Source of the DNA: Antedon mediterranea
Taxonomy: Eukaryota > Animalia > Echinodermata
Assembly: GCF_964355755.1 (NCBI RefSeq)
Contig: NC_092676.1
Span: 22,958,871-23,022,870 of the forward strand
Length of the DNA stretch: 64,000 bases
Reading direction: 5' to 3'
This document shows, one piece after another, positions 1 through 15,300 of this stretch; the first letter of the stretch is position 1, and each line of letters starts with the position of its first letter. The notes below the pieces were generated by a model, which saw nothing but the letters and a program-made list of their open reading frames with translations, did not search any database and was not told the origin of the DNA. Position numbers and translations under genes: made by a program.

Positions 1-1962
1 CATTTTTCGAAAATTTCCCTGTACTGTAGTACAGGGATTTTTTCAAAATTGGCCTAAATATCGAATTAAATTATTATGTAATAATATTGTCATATATACA
101 AAATATCGAATTTAATTATTATGCAATAATATTGCCATATATGCACATATATTGCGTTATCATCATCTTAGAGAGTCATAGTAACCAGTTTGTCAAAAAT
201 AAAAGGGTCGGAACTTTCGACCCTTTAATTTTTTGACATAAATGGTTACTATTGCATAATAAACAAGCGCAGAGATGAATAATGGGTTCTGCGCAAGTCC
301 ATTGTGCTATGGTAACCATTTATGTCATAAATGGTTACTATAGCATAATAAACTTGCGCAGAGTCGACTAATGGGTTCTGCGCATGTTAATTGTGCTAGA
401 GTAACCAGTTTTATCGAAAAATAAAAAGGTCGAAAATTGGTCATTTTTTTTGAAAAAATCCCTGTACAGTACAGGGAAATTTTCGAAAATGGACGATTTT
501 CGACCCTTTAATTTTTTGACATAAATGGTTACTATTGCATAATAAACAAGCGCAGAGACGAATAATGGGTTCTGCGCATGTCAATTGTGCTATGATAACC
601 AGTTTTGACATAAATGGTTACTATAGCCTAATAAACATGCGCAGAGTCGACTAATGGGTTCTGCGCATGTTAATTGTGCTATAGTAACCAGTTTTATCGA
701 AAAATAAAAAGGTCGAAAATTGGTCATTTTTTTTGAAAAAATCCTGTACAGTACAGGGAAATTTTCGAAAATGGACGATTTTCGACCCTTTAATTTTTTG
801 ACGTAAATGGTTACTATTGCATAATAAACAAGCGCAGAGACGAATAATGGGTTCTGCGCATGTCAATTGTGCTATGATAACCAGTTTTGACATAAATGGT
901 TACTATAGCCTAATAAACATGCGCAGAGTCGACTAATGGGTTTTGCGCATGTTAATTGTGCTATAGTAACCAGTTTTATCGAAAAATAAAAAGGTCGAAA
1001 ATTAGCCATTTTTTTTGAAAAAAATGCCTGTACTATAGTACAGGGAAATTTTCGAAAATGTCCGTTTTCGACCCTTTAATTTTTTGACATAAATTGTTAC
1101 TATAGCATAATAAACATGCGCAGAGTTGACTAATGGGTTCTGCGCATGTTAATTGTGCTATAGTAACCACTTTTGACATAAATGGTTACAATAGCACAAT
1201 TGACATGCGCAGAACCCATTATTCGACTCTGCGCATGTTTATTATGCTATAGTAACCATTTATGTCAAAAGTGGTTACTTTTGACATAAATGGTTACTAT
1301 AGCATAATAAACATGCGCAGAGTCGAATAATGGGTTCTGCGCATGTCAATTGTGCTATAGTAACCAGTTTTATCGAAAAATAAAAAGGTCAAAAATTGGC
1401 AATTTTTTGGAAAAAATCCCTGTACTATAGTACAGGGAAATTTTCGAAAATGGCCGATTTTCGACCTTTTAATTTTTTGACATAAATGGTTACTATAGCA
1501 TAATAAACAAGCGCACATACGAATAATGGGTTCTACGCATGTCAATTGTGCTATCATAACCACTTTTGACATAAATGGTTACTATAGCACAATTGACATG
1601 CGCAGAACCCATTATTCGACTCAATTGTGCTATAGTAACCACTTTTGACATAAATGGTTACTATAGCACAATTGACATGCGCAGAACCCATTATTCGACT
1701 CTGCGTATGTTTATTATGCTATAGTAACCATTTATGTCAAAAGTGGTTATGATAGCACAATTGGCATGCGCAGAACCCACTATTCGTATGTGCGCTTGTT
1801 TATTATGCAATAGTAACCAGTTATGTAAAAAAAAAAGGGGTCGAAATTTGGTCATTTTTCGAAAATGGCCAAAATATCGACTTTTTAAAATTCAATTATT
1901 ATGCAATAATATTGCCATATATGCACGCGTTATCATTGTCTTATAGAGTCATAGTAACCAGT
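1..1962. repeat. Complex palindromic satellite / foldback-like array (~85-bp self-complementary core, ~300-bp higher-order unit, internal inversions)
   Basis: The core ggttactatagca...tgcgcaga...tctgcgca...tgctatagtaacc recurs more than 10 times and is itself an imperfect inverted repeat. It is interspersed with a tttttgaaaaaatccctgtacagtacagggaaattttcgaaaa spacer. Orientation flips near 1180-1270 and 1570-1800. The array runs off the left edge. Confidence 0.9.
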
Positions 1963-2480
1963 TATATCTAGAAAATCAATGTAAACTACAGTACAATTAG
2001 TTCAGTGATTTTTCATAAAAATAGCAATTTTTCAACATAACTTGCACTACTAATGGCTCTTTTGCTTGTTTTGTTTGTTACATTATTGCGATTTTATCGC
2101 AAAATAATTTACTTTTAAAAAGTCAACATATTTGCTATTATTATTAAACCAGGAATAACAAAATCCATAATCGTACTGAGTTGATTTATTTTATTACAAA
2201 AGTATCCAAATTCGGTATATATGAAATTATTTAGTCCTAATAAAAATCAAAACAGCGAGATGCTGCAGGCTCAGGCTATAATTGTAATGTAAAATGAAAT
2301 ATCCAAATATTATACTTAACATGTATACAAGTAGTTAATAGTCTAATTTCTATTTCAATCAATAAACAGTCAATCTATTTTAACATTATCTTGAATTAAT
2401 TATTACGGTATTGGTGAAAAATGTATGTTTTATATGCTAAAAGGGAAGAACGTACGTACCTGGACGTTTACACTCTATTA

Positions 2481-2638
2481 AGCTTGGTTTCCACTAGGAC
2501 GCAACACAAGGACGTAGACGCAATGCAAGTAAGCTGACCAATGACAAGCGACAGTTCGAATAATTCATCGCTTGTGATTGGTCAAATCCTTTACGTTGCG
2601 TTACGTCGTTGTGTTGCGTCTCTAGTGGGAACGACGCA
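2481..2638. mobile_element. Harbinger/Tourist-like MITE, family A (degenerate copy)
   Basis: tta|agcttggtttccactag ... ctagtgggaacgacgc termini and internal gacgcaac/gaccaat motifs shared with the 17128 and 20946 copies. Confidence 0.75.
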
Positions 2639-3326
2639 TTGCATTTTTTTCTGTTTACAAATAAGACATACTAATATCATAAGCATCTAAAGCTAAAATT
2701 ATACAAAATACCCTTTACCGAACATAAACTATAACAAAAACGTGTTACTAGAATCCATCAACTAACCGTACATTCAGAATAGATGATTAAATACTCCAAT
2801 AAAGTTGACTCATTCTTATATATTTTAATATAGGTTAAGTTAATTATTTAGTTCAACATGGAACATGGATCTAAGCTACCATCTAACTGAGCCAAATTCA
2901 GTCCGATCCGCTGGCCGGAAAAAATACCGGGCAACGTTACGTTTTCCGATCACATACGTAAACATGGACTCAATGTGAACGTAGCTTCAGGCTTATCTGT
3001 AGTTAATCATAATTCTATTACCTTAATAATAATAAAGATGCAGTAACACCAGATGGTTAAAGATGATATAAATATGATATATAGTGTGTGACTAAAGAAC
3101 ATTAAATCCCGCTACTGTTCAGTAATACATAAGTTAAAGATATCAGTACAAATCAGAAAAAAAATCGAAGAAGTCATAATTATGCATCTTACAACCAGGC
3201 GTTCCTGTAGACTCCTTCATCATTATAAATAAACAAGTGACGTCATAGTCGTCAGAAACTAAAGAGTGTGAATTGATGTTGCAGTATCTTTCGTGCTGAT
3301 TGCTGTAGGCCTATAATACAACACAC

Positions 3327-3340
3327 TTATGGGGCTGTCT
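3327..3340 (-). CDS. EGF-repeat gene, terminal coding exon (E)TAP*
   Basis: Acceptor attatttcag|AG ACA GCC CCA TAA completes the CE ending of the last EGF in phase 1. Confidence 0.6.
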
Positions 3341-6300
3341 CTGAAATAATAGCAAACAATAGCAGATATGAAGGTGAGCGTGTCATGCCATATTTTATGT
3401 TAAGCTTTAAGGGTTGGCCTAGACGTTTGTGACAGGCGGAGTACTAGGCCTACTACTGATTAACATTTCTTGAGAATAGAATACAGGGTTTTAATCTGAA
3501 TTAGTAGGTATGTACGTTCTTTGCTGTACAGTTCGTTTATTGATAATATCAAAAATATTTATATGTATGTTAGTATAATACTCTCCCTCCCGTACTAGCA
3601 TCCTTCTAGGACGCGTAATTTCTTTTCGTACATAAGTTGGAGACCCATCATGAAATAAAAATAATAATTCATTAGTCATAATTATATTCATAAGGTGTGA
3701 CGTAATCGGTAATGCAACCGCTATCCATCCGTCTGTGTAGTCGAATGGATTAGACCAAGGAAGTCAAACAACATAACACTGAGCTCGACTTGCCAAGATA
3801 GGCTATGGGGTTCAATATCCCACGTGCAAGTTAGTTACAAAAATCGCTTCCTTTCTGGAGTTTATTTTCCGCAAAAGTATAAAAATTCCAAAAGGGTTAC
3901 TTACCACAGTTGTACCCAGTGTACCCAGAAGGACAATTACATGTATAGTAAGTACCAGCCGGTACACACGATCCGCCATTTTGACAAGGTTCTAAATTGG
4001 TGTTGCAGTATTCGTTCACTGTATTAACTGTGAAATATATCAAAGAAAAAGTTCTTCTAATGATGAGTATTATAGTATATAACGATGGTTTTACGTCACT
4101 AGAGGGTGAGATTCGTAAAACTAAACCTACTAACTAACCTGTTTCACAGTGTCTTAGATGATTAATAAGGTTTTACGTATAGTGTTTATTGTTTGGGAGG
4201 GCCCTTATAGTGTGGATGTGGGGAGACGGAGTTAATTTGAGGGAGGTGCTTATTTGAGGGATACGTTAATTTTTTTTAGTTTTAATAATATTATTACATT
4301 TACTAATAAAATCCTCTAGTAGATATGAAAAGTGGTGAAAAAGAATAACAAATGCTTCATAAATTGTAGACAACAGACTAAAAATAGTATAATTGTGTTA
4401 TAAATAATAATAATAATAATACAATATTGTGTGTATAAATGTGGATGGGCATTTATTAGATGGTAGTTGTGGGGGGGGGGGGGGCGTAATTATTAATTGA
4501 TGTTTTATTGGGGAGGTGTTCCGGGCGTTTATTAACATAAATACCATCCTAATTGGTATTATTAATACATTATTCTGCGATACAGTGAGCCCTTTTGGCC
4601 TAAGAAGGAAGACTTTTAGACGGCTTGCAACATGGGCAGAAGTATCCAAGGGTCCTAACGGGACACAGATGGCGCACAGTAATATAGATAAAGTCCTGGC
4701 AGCTTTCTAAAAAACTCGACTATCGGGGTTTCATTCGATTTCAATCAAAAGCTCGTGTCATCAGTTCTCTCGATGTAATTTTATATACTTATTCCCCACG
4801 CACAATATACTCCTATGTACTACGGTACTATATCTTCACACGCGCGGTCCGAAAATAAACAAACAAGGCCATATAGATAGCTGCAGTCGCGTGCTTAGTG
4901 TTTACCGACCGACCGACCAACCTACCAACTGACCGAAATTACTGAACATGTTTAAAAATGTTGAAATGTTTTAAAACAGTTATATTTTTTTAATTTACAC
5001 GTGCGTAGCCTGTCACTTTTGACGTGCTCGTACAACGTAATTTCGAGTTGAAAAGTAAGTCAAGAAAACAGAAATCGGGCAAAAAGAGTGCGCAATAACA
5101 TTTAACGTGCAGTGCGCGCGCAAAAATCTGTGCACTCATGGCAATTTTGTAAACGCTTAAAATTGCCTGAAACGTAGCCTACTCTTATTTCATCGAAAAT
5201 AAATTTTGAAAATTTTAAGCGCGCGTACACATGCGTTACATGCGCTACGCACGTAATTGTATTGCCATATGATGATTTATGCCCTGAAATTTATGAGTAC
5301 CAAATGTTATTTAATTGTGATTCATGGTTGTGAAGATATGATTACAAACGTGATTTCGTTAAATCGTGCGTAGACCGCGTAATTTTTTATTGCGCACCGT
5401 GAAAACATAACCACATCGATTCCTGGCCATAAGAAATATACTGTGAACAATTGACTTAGCTAGATTAAACTGATATCAAGATAAGGTCAGAAAGCGATAA
5501 AACGCATAGTGATACCGGACCGAGAGACAGACCGACAGACCGACCGACCGACATAGTGAACTATAGAGTCGCTTCCACGCGACTAAAAATGCTATCGCCA
5601 CCAACGGCCAATTTAGTTGAAACCAACCATGCAGGAAGTTGCAAGGTCATTCACACACCTTACCCGTGAACCCGGAAATTACTTGTACCGCGGGTAGAGT
5701 TAAAAATCTACCGATGAAATCATAAATTTTGTTATAAAACTCTTTATAATATCTTCCTAAGATAGAAATATGGAACAATATCGTAATAGTGGAAACTAAT
5801 TTTATCAAATCTACGTTTCGCGGTACATCTGAGATAGATAAGGTAGGTATTCAAGGCGGAGATTTGTCCCGAAGTTTTTCCATTGTGCTCGCCTATGTCA
5901 GAATTAACCATAAATTTCTTCTTAATTATTTAAAGACACTATACCTACGTGTTTTGACCTAATTTTATGTAAAAATAAGTACCAATTGACCTATTGCGAT
6001 AAAAACATTAAACCAGGTCATTTTTTGAAAATAATTTTTGGCATTTCTTATTTACTTTATATCTACTAACTTTAAATCTATCAATAATATAAATTTATAT
6101 CCTTTTTTTCTCCTTTCAATGTACAATTTTGTTCATGTTATTCACCATTTGATATTTGTTTTATTGCATTTCATTTATACGGCCTTGTGGAAGTACACAT
6201 TATTATTATTCTATTATTATATCATCATCATCCTTAATAAAGAGTATAAAAGAGAAATAATGAAATGAAATGCTTACAAGTTTCACAATTGGTTCCGCTA

Positions 6301-9300
6301 TAACCAGAAACACATGTACATTGGTATGATGATCCGTTAATTGAGCAAGTTCCGCCGTTTTGACAAGGATTATTACTACAAGTGTTGGTTCCTACAAAAA
6401 TTCAAATTCGTTCAAATAATATACAAAAGTCACCATAAAATGAAGATAATGAAAAACAATATACGAAATACATTAACAGAAACATTCTTAGAGTGAAATA
6501 TTTTGATTACTTGGCAAGTGAAGAGTTAAAAAAAGACAGCACACGTTTCAGGAACGTGTGCAGCGGTCACACGCCTCACGTTGCGTAACATTCTCAAACA
6601 AAAGCATGAACGCTTTCCAAATTATGGTATGCAATCTTCCAACCAAATTGCAAGGTTAAGTGTGTTGTTAATAATTTTAAATGGTAGGCCTAATTGTTAT
6701 ACTTCTGTGCTAAAACAACAATAGAAACACTCCTTTGGGACACCCCTACTCAGAGGAAAATATTTTTCCCATTACTAAACAAAAAAAAAACCAAATAATT
6801 AGTTTATATTTTTATTAATACAAAAATAAATATCTTATGATATTTTAAATAGGATACTTTTTCTGGCTTAAACATTTTCATTGGTAAAACGTTGGCTGCT
6901 AAAATGTCAATTCTTCTCTCAATTTCCAGAGTCAGATGATCAATTATTGTTTATTTTGGTATATTTGTGTTTTGTTTTTTTCACGCAAAAACCCTATTAA
7001 GGGACAATTTCGGTTTGTTGTTAGTGTGTCATGAATATATGGTACCCTTATTCGGGGGACACACCTACTGAGTGGGACATTTCGTTAGGGGTGAATAGGG
7101 GTACCCATATTTGTAGTACACCACCTGCGCTATTAAGGGAGCAATTGTTTAGTTTTCTTGTTAATGGTCGAATAGAAGTACCCATATTTGGGGGACACCA
7201 CTATTAATTTTGTAATTCCATAAACCACAAAATTGTTTGAATAACAATAAGTTGTTTTAACGTAATATTATTGAATCACAAAAGCACAGATCAACAACGG
7301 CATTGAGTTATCATTTTATCGACGGAGAAAAGCTACTTTCGACTTAGCAATATTTGTTTTAGGTTCGAGACGTTGAAGCCTAAAGACATACTTATTGTAG
7401 TAGTTTCATTTCATAAAGAACAATAACATTATAGTTACCAGAGATTTCACAGTTTGTTCCGGAATATCCACTTAAACAACTACAAAAATAGAAGGAGCTT
7501 TCAGATGTATCCGTGAAGAAACATGTTGCTCCATTCTGACAAGGGCTCGAAGCACATGGGGTACCAAATGTCTGACAGTTGACACCCGTGTACCCACTAG
7601 GACAGGAACATGAATATGTAGAGCCAGACTGTACACACGTGCCTCCGTTGTTACATGGGTTCACGAAACACAGGTCTAGAAAGACAAGACAATTAACAGT
7701 TAACATTACATTAATAGGCCTAAACGTCAAAACCACATATATGTGTCAATTTAGGTACCGGTATTCAGTAATTAATTCAGTCAGTTACTTGCCATAACGA
7801 ATGTTAGCGCTAACAATTTTACATTTATTTTTTTCTGAATTGCAACAGAAAGAAACTTACACCGTTACATTACATTGATAAAATTATAAAAAGTTTAGGA
7901 GGTTTAGTCTAAAGTCAAAACCATTCTCTGTCGTTTTTCTAAATAATTTTTCATCTACCATTTACATCTACAATGTTATTATACAACACGTCACAATTAA
8001 AACTCGATCCACATGAGTATACATGGGAAGTATTCGTGTTTACCTGTATTTTCACAATTGGTTCCAGCGTACCCAGAAGCACAGGTACATACGTATGATG
8101 AGCCAACGACCGCACAATTTCCACCGTTTTGACAAGGATTGTTATCACATGGAGTTGCTAAATAAAAATAGATTGCAAATTCATAATTGAGATGATGAAG
8201 AATGTTTTTTATTTTATTTGACTTTATTTAGTTATGCATATATAAACGAACGATAACAATTAAAATGTAGCACAATTAAAACTCCGATAGCAAGAATAAG
8301 CTCAAAAAGTGTCACAGAAACGTATTTCTATTGGGATCCTAACTAAACTAATTAATTGGTAGTAAATATATTGAATAATGTACAATAAAGCATGAGTAAT
8401 ATTCCTATTGATGCACTAGCTAACAGGCCGGTAATAGAAACAATATATGCATCATTTGACAGCCTAATAAGCAATAGAATAATAATAGCTTTATCAAAGC
8501 TGTGATGTCATTTAAATGCATTTGATTGTCAAATACAATAACATCAAGAATTTTGTAGAACTATAATGTTTATAAACGACTTACATTGCTTTATAATGGG
8601 GTATTAATTACTAATACAAATTCACACGTACAATATGTAACAAAATGTGAACAGAATTTAAGATTACCAACTTTCCGAGAACGATATATATATTTCATAT
8701 ATGTTTTTACAATTTATTTTAAAAAGTGTGTAGGCCTATGTGTGAATCGGCTATAAGTTGTATTCTCACTTACTTCCAAACATATCACAATTGTAGCCAG
8801 AGTAACCAGATGGACATGCGCATGTGTACCATATACCAGATATTGAGCAGCTACCTCCATTTAAACATGGTGCAACAAGCGTGCAATACTGATCAGAACC
8901 TACAAACAAGAACGTAGATATTAAAATTCAAATTCACATTTATTTACTCATCCTTTATAAATATAGTTTCATAGAATAAATGATGGCAAGGATCCTGCAT
9001 AGAGAAGTTTACACTTCTGTTTTCGCAGGACCCGCATATAGTTAACATGTGTTGTGTGAATATATACCGTAGATATACAACAGGCCTGGATATGACTACG
9101 TGGCACTGTACAATGTAACCAACAAAATAACCATGTAAACAACAAAAACATGAGTTTGTGGAATGTATTTGACATGATTCTACTTTATCGTTCATTGAGT
9201 ATTCAAACAAATTTGCTTAAGTATAAAACTAATTGACTTGTTGTTACTCCCGCTGTTACTGTATTCAAGTAAGATGGTGTTTTTTTAAGTCTATGAGTAA

Positions 9301-12300
9301 AGTAGAAGTTATGTGTTTGACTTCGCCATATATATTTTCCTCAATATATAAATAGTTTCTTACGTAAATCACAATCTGTTCCTGTGAAACCAGTCTGACA
9401 TGTACAGGTATATGTTGTTCCAGCTTGTCCATTAGAAGAACAACTGCCATATTCACACGGGGAATTAAGACAAGGATCTTGCACTGAAAACAAAATTACA
9501 AAGAAACATATTCATGAGACTATATATAAGTATTACCGTTAAAGATTCGTTTGCACATATTTTTGTTGTATGATTTGGTTTTGTAGAAGTATGTTTATAT
9601 CAGCTATTATCTTATCCGTTTAATATGTATAAGTTAGTTAGTTATTCGTGGTACTATACGTACCATTTATTTTATCAACAGAATATATATATACAGTATT
9701 TTTTTTACAAGTATAAAGTTTAAACCTGCAGACACTTTAAGACAGATTTATTTTTATTGGTCTGTGTTATTTACTGAAAATGTGTTTTATTTACACCTTT
9801 GTTTAAATTTGTTAATATTTACTCCAAAATATATTACAACTGTATACTAGCCAGTACATCCAGATTGGTGAAATATAATAGACTGGGAACAGTTACCTCC
9901 AGAACACACCTTTATAATATGTTACATGTTTAAGACTTTCTAAAATTAAATCGCAATTTTAAACCCTACCATTTTGACAATTAGTTCCAGTGTAGCCAGG
10001 TGGACAATCACATAGGTAGAAGACACCACTTTCCATGCAAGTACCAACACCACAAGTTGTAGAAGAACACACGGCTGAAATAATAAAAATGATAGAGTTA
10101 TTATGTATAATGGACGTCTAAACTAAATATTTTATACATCATAAAGAATAAATAGCGCTGCATATGAAGATTTATATTGTGAAGACTTTTGCCTGTAATT
10201 CTCTCTATAGAATGAAAGATACCGTCTAGGATAACATTACAGGTATTAACAAATCATGATTGCGGTCTTCGAGAAGTATTTCTAATAGACAAAGCTAAAA
10301 TACAAGTTTAGGCTTAAACGCTGCAATTTAGAACTTAGCCATATTAAAAGCTAATTCGTCGGTTTTATTTCATTTAAGCTACTAACTTGCAAACTCTAAC
10401 TTTACAGAGTTTGTCTGAGCATGGACCTAGGTCCATGGTTGGAGGTGGAAAGAGAGTTAACTGGTCGTGCGAATATTATGTTGACTGTAAATCGGATATG
10501 TCACCTAGTTTAACTCCGTTTTCTGCACGATTCAGCAGAACACAGCTACAGTAGCTTTAAGGTAACTGTTTTACCTACCTGCAAACAATTCGCAGTTGTC
10601 GCCATAGCGTCCAGATGGACACGTTGTGCACTCATATCCTCCAGTTGTGTACATTGTGCAAACTCCTCCATTACATGGATTTGGACTGCAGTCATCGACA
10701 ACTAATAAAAGAAAAACATACACATACTGATGATAAAGTATTTATCCACATTTTCCAGATAGAGCCACAATCCCAGTACGTGCACCGTTAGAATACAGAC
10801 GGGTTGTGAATGAAGGATTGTAATGCCATATTTATTGATGGAACTGATCACCAAGAGCCCAATTGTCAAAGATTCAAGAAATTGTATTGGTCCACTTTAA
10901 AAATAAAAATTCATTTTTCTTGGCATAATTAAGAAAAATACATCAAATTTCAAAAGGCAATGTTAAAATACTATCTAAAAATGGAAGACTATGACGAGAT
11001 TGGAAATTTCTCAAAGACTCTTTGCTGTATAAATAAATAATTAATAATACCGATCACATACAGCTCTCACAAACTACTGTCTCACACTCACTATTCGAAG
11101 TTTTAAGAAGTGACTCGCATTAAGGGACTTAGGTTGACGGATGTGAAATGGAATCAAATGGTACGTTAGCAACAAATGTCAGTATCGAACATGCGAAAAC
11201 TTACTAGTTTCACAATTGTCTCCTGAAACTCCAAGAGGACAGTCACATTGGTAGTATGTTCCCGATGTTCGGCAGGCTCCTCCATTTAAACAGGGATTTA
11301 CATTACAGAAAGTGTTATCTGGAAAATAAATGGAAAAAAAAACAGTTACTAAATTATAATGAACTGTTTTGGGAAAGGAACATTATTAAATGGAAGCGTC
11401 ATACACGAAATTTATTAATTTATTAAACATAATTTGCTGCATTTTGAAAACATGGGCATCATTAGCTAGTTGTATAGTATAAGACATTTTATTCCATTTA
11501 CTGGTTTGACAAATCGTCTATCGCACGGAATTATGGTTGTTGAACACGATTGTATGAGTATCGTTTCAAAAATTCGCCACTAAACTGGTGTTTTTATCTG
11601 CAAATACGAAGAATATATAACAATGCGCAGGATGACTTTTACACTCAAACGTTTTGGTCACTTAGGACGTTCTGGTTAATTTGGACGTTCTGGTCACTTT
11701 GGACGTTTTGGTCACTTACCCGTTGGTGGAGTGTAAGTCTCACAGTTAGTTCCCGAGTAGTCAGCCTGACAAGTACACATATAACTCGATCCAGCATTCA
11801 TACAAACTCCATTGTTTTGACAAGGTTGTGCGTCGCATGGAGCTGGTCCGTCAGCTGTAAAAAACATAAATATTGACATTACTAAAATATTTAGAAAGAG
11901 ATATAGTATTAAAGGAAAATGAAATAATGTTAACACTGTGCATAACAATGCATACTCAAGGACGCAAAGCAACGCAAGCAATTTGACCAATAGCAAGCGA
12001 TCGATTATTTGAACTTTCGTTTGTCATTGGTCAACTTGCGTGCGCTCCAATTATGTCCTTGCGTTTCGTTTACATAATAACGAACCTAATTAATTATGTA
12101 CTATTTATTAGTTTAATCTATGTAATGTGAAAACACTTACTTGTTTCACAGTTGATGCCCGTGTATCCTTCAGGACACATACACATGTAGTATGTTCCTG
12201 ACGTCATACACATTCCACCATTAAGACATGGATTTGTCTGACTGTTGCAAAATTCATTTTCTAAAAAAGAATATTATTATAATTATTTTAAAGCCAATTC

Positions 12301-15300
12301 AGACAATAATTGAGTCCGCAACATATAGAATAGAAAATGATTAGTCAAAAGTGTAAATTCTAAAAAATCTGTGATTCAGAGAAGATTCAAATGATCATCT
12401 TCACATTTTGTATAAGAAGCTTAGCGAAGTTAATCCAAACATCATTTTAATGAAAATCCATATACATCTTTTTAAAAAAGGTAATAAAATAAGACATCAC
12501 TACAATTTACACTATTTCTATTATTCCAGGATTCAGACGGCAAAATGACGAAAAAACAATGTTGGTACACATGGCGTTTCATAGAGTACGTAAGATGGAA
12601 TCGCTTTTATCTATGTTACAGACAAAATCATCAAAACGCTGACTGGTGGCGCTTGTAAAGGAATACTGTACTAACTTAACATGGAGGAACAACATCAAAA
12701 AGACACGTCCAGTAAAATAATAATATTCTAATAATATTCCCATACATACATATTTGTTATTGATTGAGACAGTTCAGCATTTAGTATTAATTTTCAATAA
12801 AATAAATAAAAATGAGGCAAAAAATATCATTTGTATCAAAATTTAAGTCAAGTAGAAACAATCCATTAAATAAAGGAAAAAAAAAGATTTACTGTAATGA
12901 CGCCCAACTATTATACGCCACCAACAATTCATATAATATACTGTACTGCTATTAATAACCATTTATTCAAAAGCATATTCTTAAAGTTTCACACCAAAAA
13001 GTTTCAATGATCAAGGCGAAACTATAATTGGCTTATTTTATTCAATCAAAGCATAGCGGATTTCAATAAGAACACCAAACCCCTCTCTATTACCTTTATC
13101 GAGAATTACAAAGAAGCATTGTTTGTGTGTAATCAGAAAGAGTACCTAACAGGTTTGATAAACGTCAAAACACACAATGAATGGGTGTGTAAGAATACAC
13201 GTAACCTTACCTAGAGCTGGTCAGCCATGATGGTTAACAATACATTCAATTATATACACAAAAATACAACCTATTTTTTGGAAATTCGGGTTTAAGAAGT
13301 TGAATAGGATAATTGTAAATCGGAACTATAGCATGCACTAATACGAACTATATTTATTGTGAGTTGTAATAAATAGATATTCTTTGTTTGATGAATAGAT
13401 TTGCTCTTGCTATGATTTTGCAAACAAATTTTCTATTGATTTCTGAATTTTTTACAGTAGAGTATATGCCTATATAAAAGAAAATAAAAAACGATTTTAT
13501 TATTGATATAAAGTTTGCATGCGGTATACTTACTTATATTTACTTCTGAAGAACTCTCGACGTTTTTATAAGTATATTTTGAATTTGATAAAGTATATTA
13601 ATCAAAACATCAAGAAACTCAACAGCTCTTTTCAGAATTAAATAGGCCTACAGTTAGTGGTGTACCACAAACTTTATATCAACGTATTGATTCGCCATGC
13701 AAACCATCAAACAAAATTGTATCATGTATATTCTCATATTTGAAAAACTAGTCTTAACCTAATTCCATGCATTCAACATGATCAAATTGACCATTGAGCA
13801 GAGTCTAAATGAAATACAACAGCTATCGGAGAACAGTAGAATCAAGAAGCTAATAGCTTTATTCAGTAAAAGTAGAACAAGTTTTAACTTTCTTTTGTTA
13901 TTTATGAAATTAAAAAGAAGTAAAATAAATGTTTCTAGATATATAGATTGGTACCATAAAACCATTTATAAAATCAGTAACATTCACAAAGTTAAAAATA
14001 AATAAGCTTTAACATATTTTAAACTTGAAAGAAGCGTAGGGGCGAACTGAAATAAAAAAAGTTTCAGTTGAACTTCGGTAAAATTCAAACAAAAGGTTAC
14101 TGATATTTCACATAATATAAACAATCACTGAAGTTATTTTTTCTTTCTTATGATCGGAAATTATTTGTCAGACAACCTCAATTTTTCGAAGAAGACATGA
14201 TTATGTAAATATGTACTAGTAGTTTGATCAGAAGAGAAAAAGAGTGTAAGGTCTATTGAAGATGTCATCAAAACGTTATAATAGCATAACACGAGAATGT
14301 TAACCTCAATACATAAAATGCCGTTGTATATTAACATAAAAGGTATTAAAACTGTTTTCATTCTTTTTTACAATACACTGGTAAAGATTAGTAGAGTAAT
14401 AATATTCAAACTATTTTTGGCAGATTGCCAAATCGGTAACGTTTCATTCATTCAAGCCTACAGCTCACACACTACCATTAAATTGCACACGCCTTATACA
14501 CTTTGTACTGGAGAAACTATGCACACATCTGAAACTGAAGCCACAAAAATGCGATATATATTTTGTACGTTTGAAACGAGTGTGCATTTTACACGTAACG
14601 GAACTAGAATTGCATACACATTAAACCAATATTTCAAATGTGATGGCACTAGTTACAATCCGTTATACGTGATTAAATACTAATAAGAATGATGTATAAC
14701 GTTTCATTACATGTACGAATGTATGTAACAAGCCAGTGAATAAACAGACATTGAAGAAACAAAACCTTTACTAAAATTGTTAAGGTTTTCTAATTCTAGT
14801 AGACCTAATCTATTCTTGTTTTGTCATCTCGATCCTCAAGGTGGTATATAAGTGTGTTTTTTTAATAAAAGAAAATTGCTTTAATGTATTTTTAATAATC
14901 AAGGTTTTAAAAAAAATCTGTTGAATTAAAGAATTTAAATAATACAAAATGCGTTGTTTTAAAAAAAATTTTATTTACGCAAACGGAAGTATAACAACAG
15001 TGGCGAGAAATGGCGAACAGACATCTACAATTTAGATGGGTATACACTCACATTACATCGGAGGGGTCGCTAATAATTTCTCTGCATATTATACAGTTAC
15101 TGCTGTGTTTATGTTGTATATTTCATAATAAATGTTTAATCAAAAGTCTTTTCATTAACTCTACCACATACAACAATACAGGCAACTCGCCAACTTTGTG
15201 TGACGTCACTACATACTGTCATTTAAAGAACGTTGAATGATTGTAGAACATGCAACCTAAAACAAATCTAGATTGTCGAATTTTTACTAAGCTAATGAAA

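Noticed and set aside
651-1946. Repeated ORFs MSKVVMIAQL...
   Set aside because: Translations of the palindromic satellite in both orientations.
5648-5680. Minus-strand SGFTGKVCE* resembling an EGF end
   Set aside because: No upstream cysteines in frame and an immediate stop; the flanking exons join without it.
13205-13235. Strong donor ag|gtaagg with nearby ATG as an alternative first exon
   Set aside because: The ATG frame stops at TAG right at the donor, and the phase-1 frame contains TGA. No coding exon can be supported.
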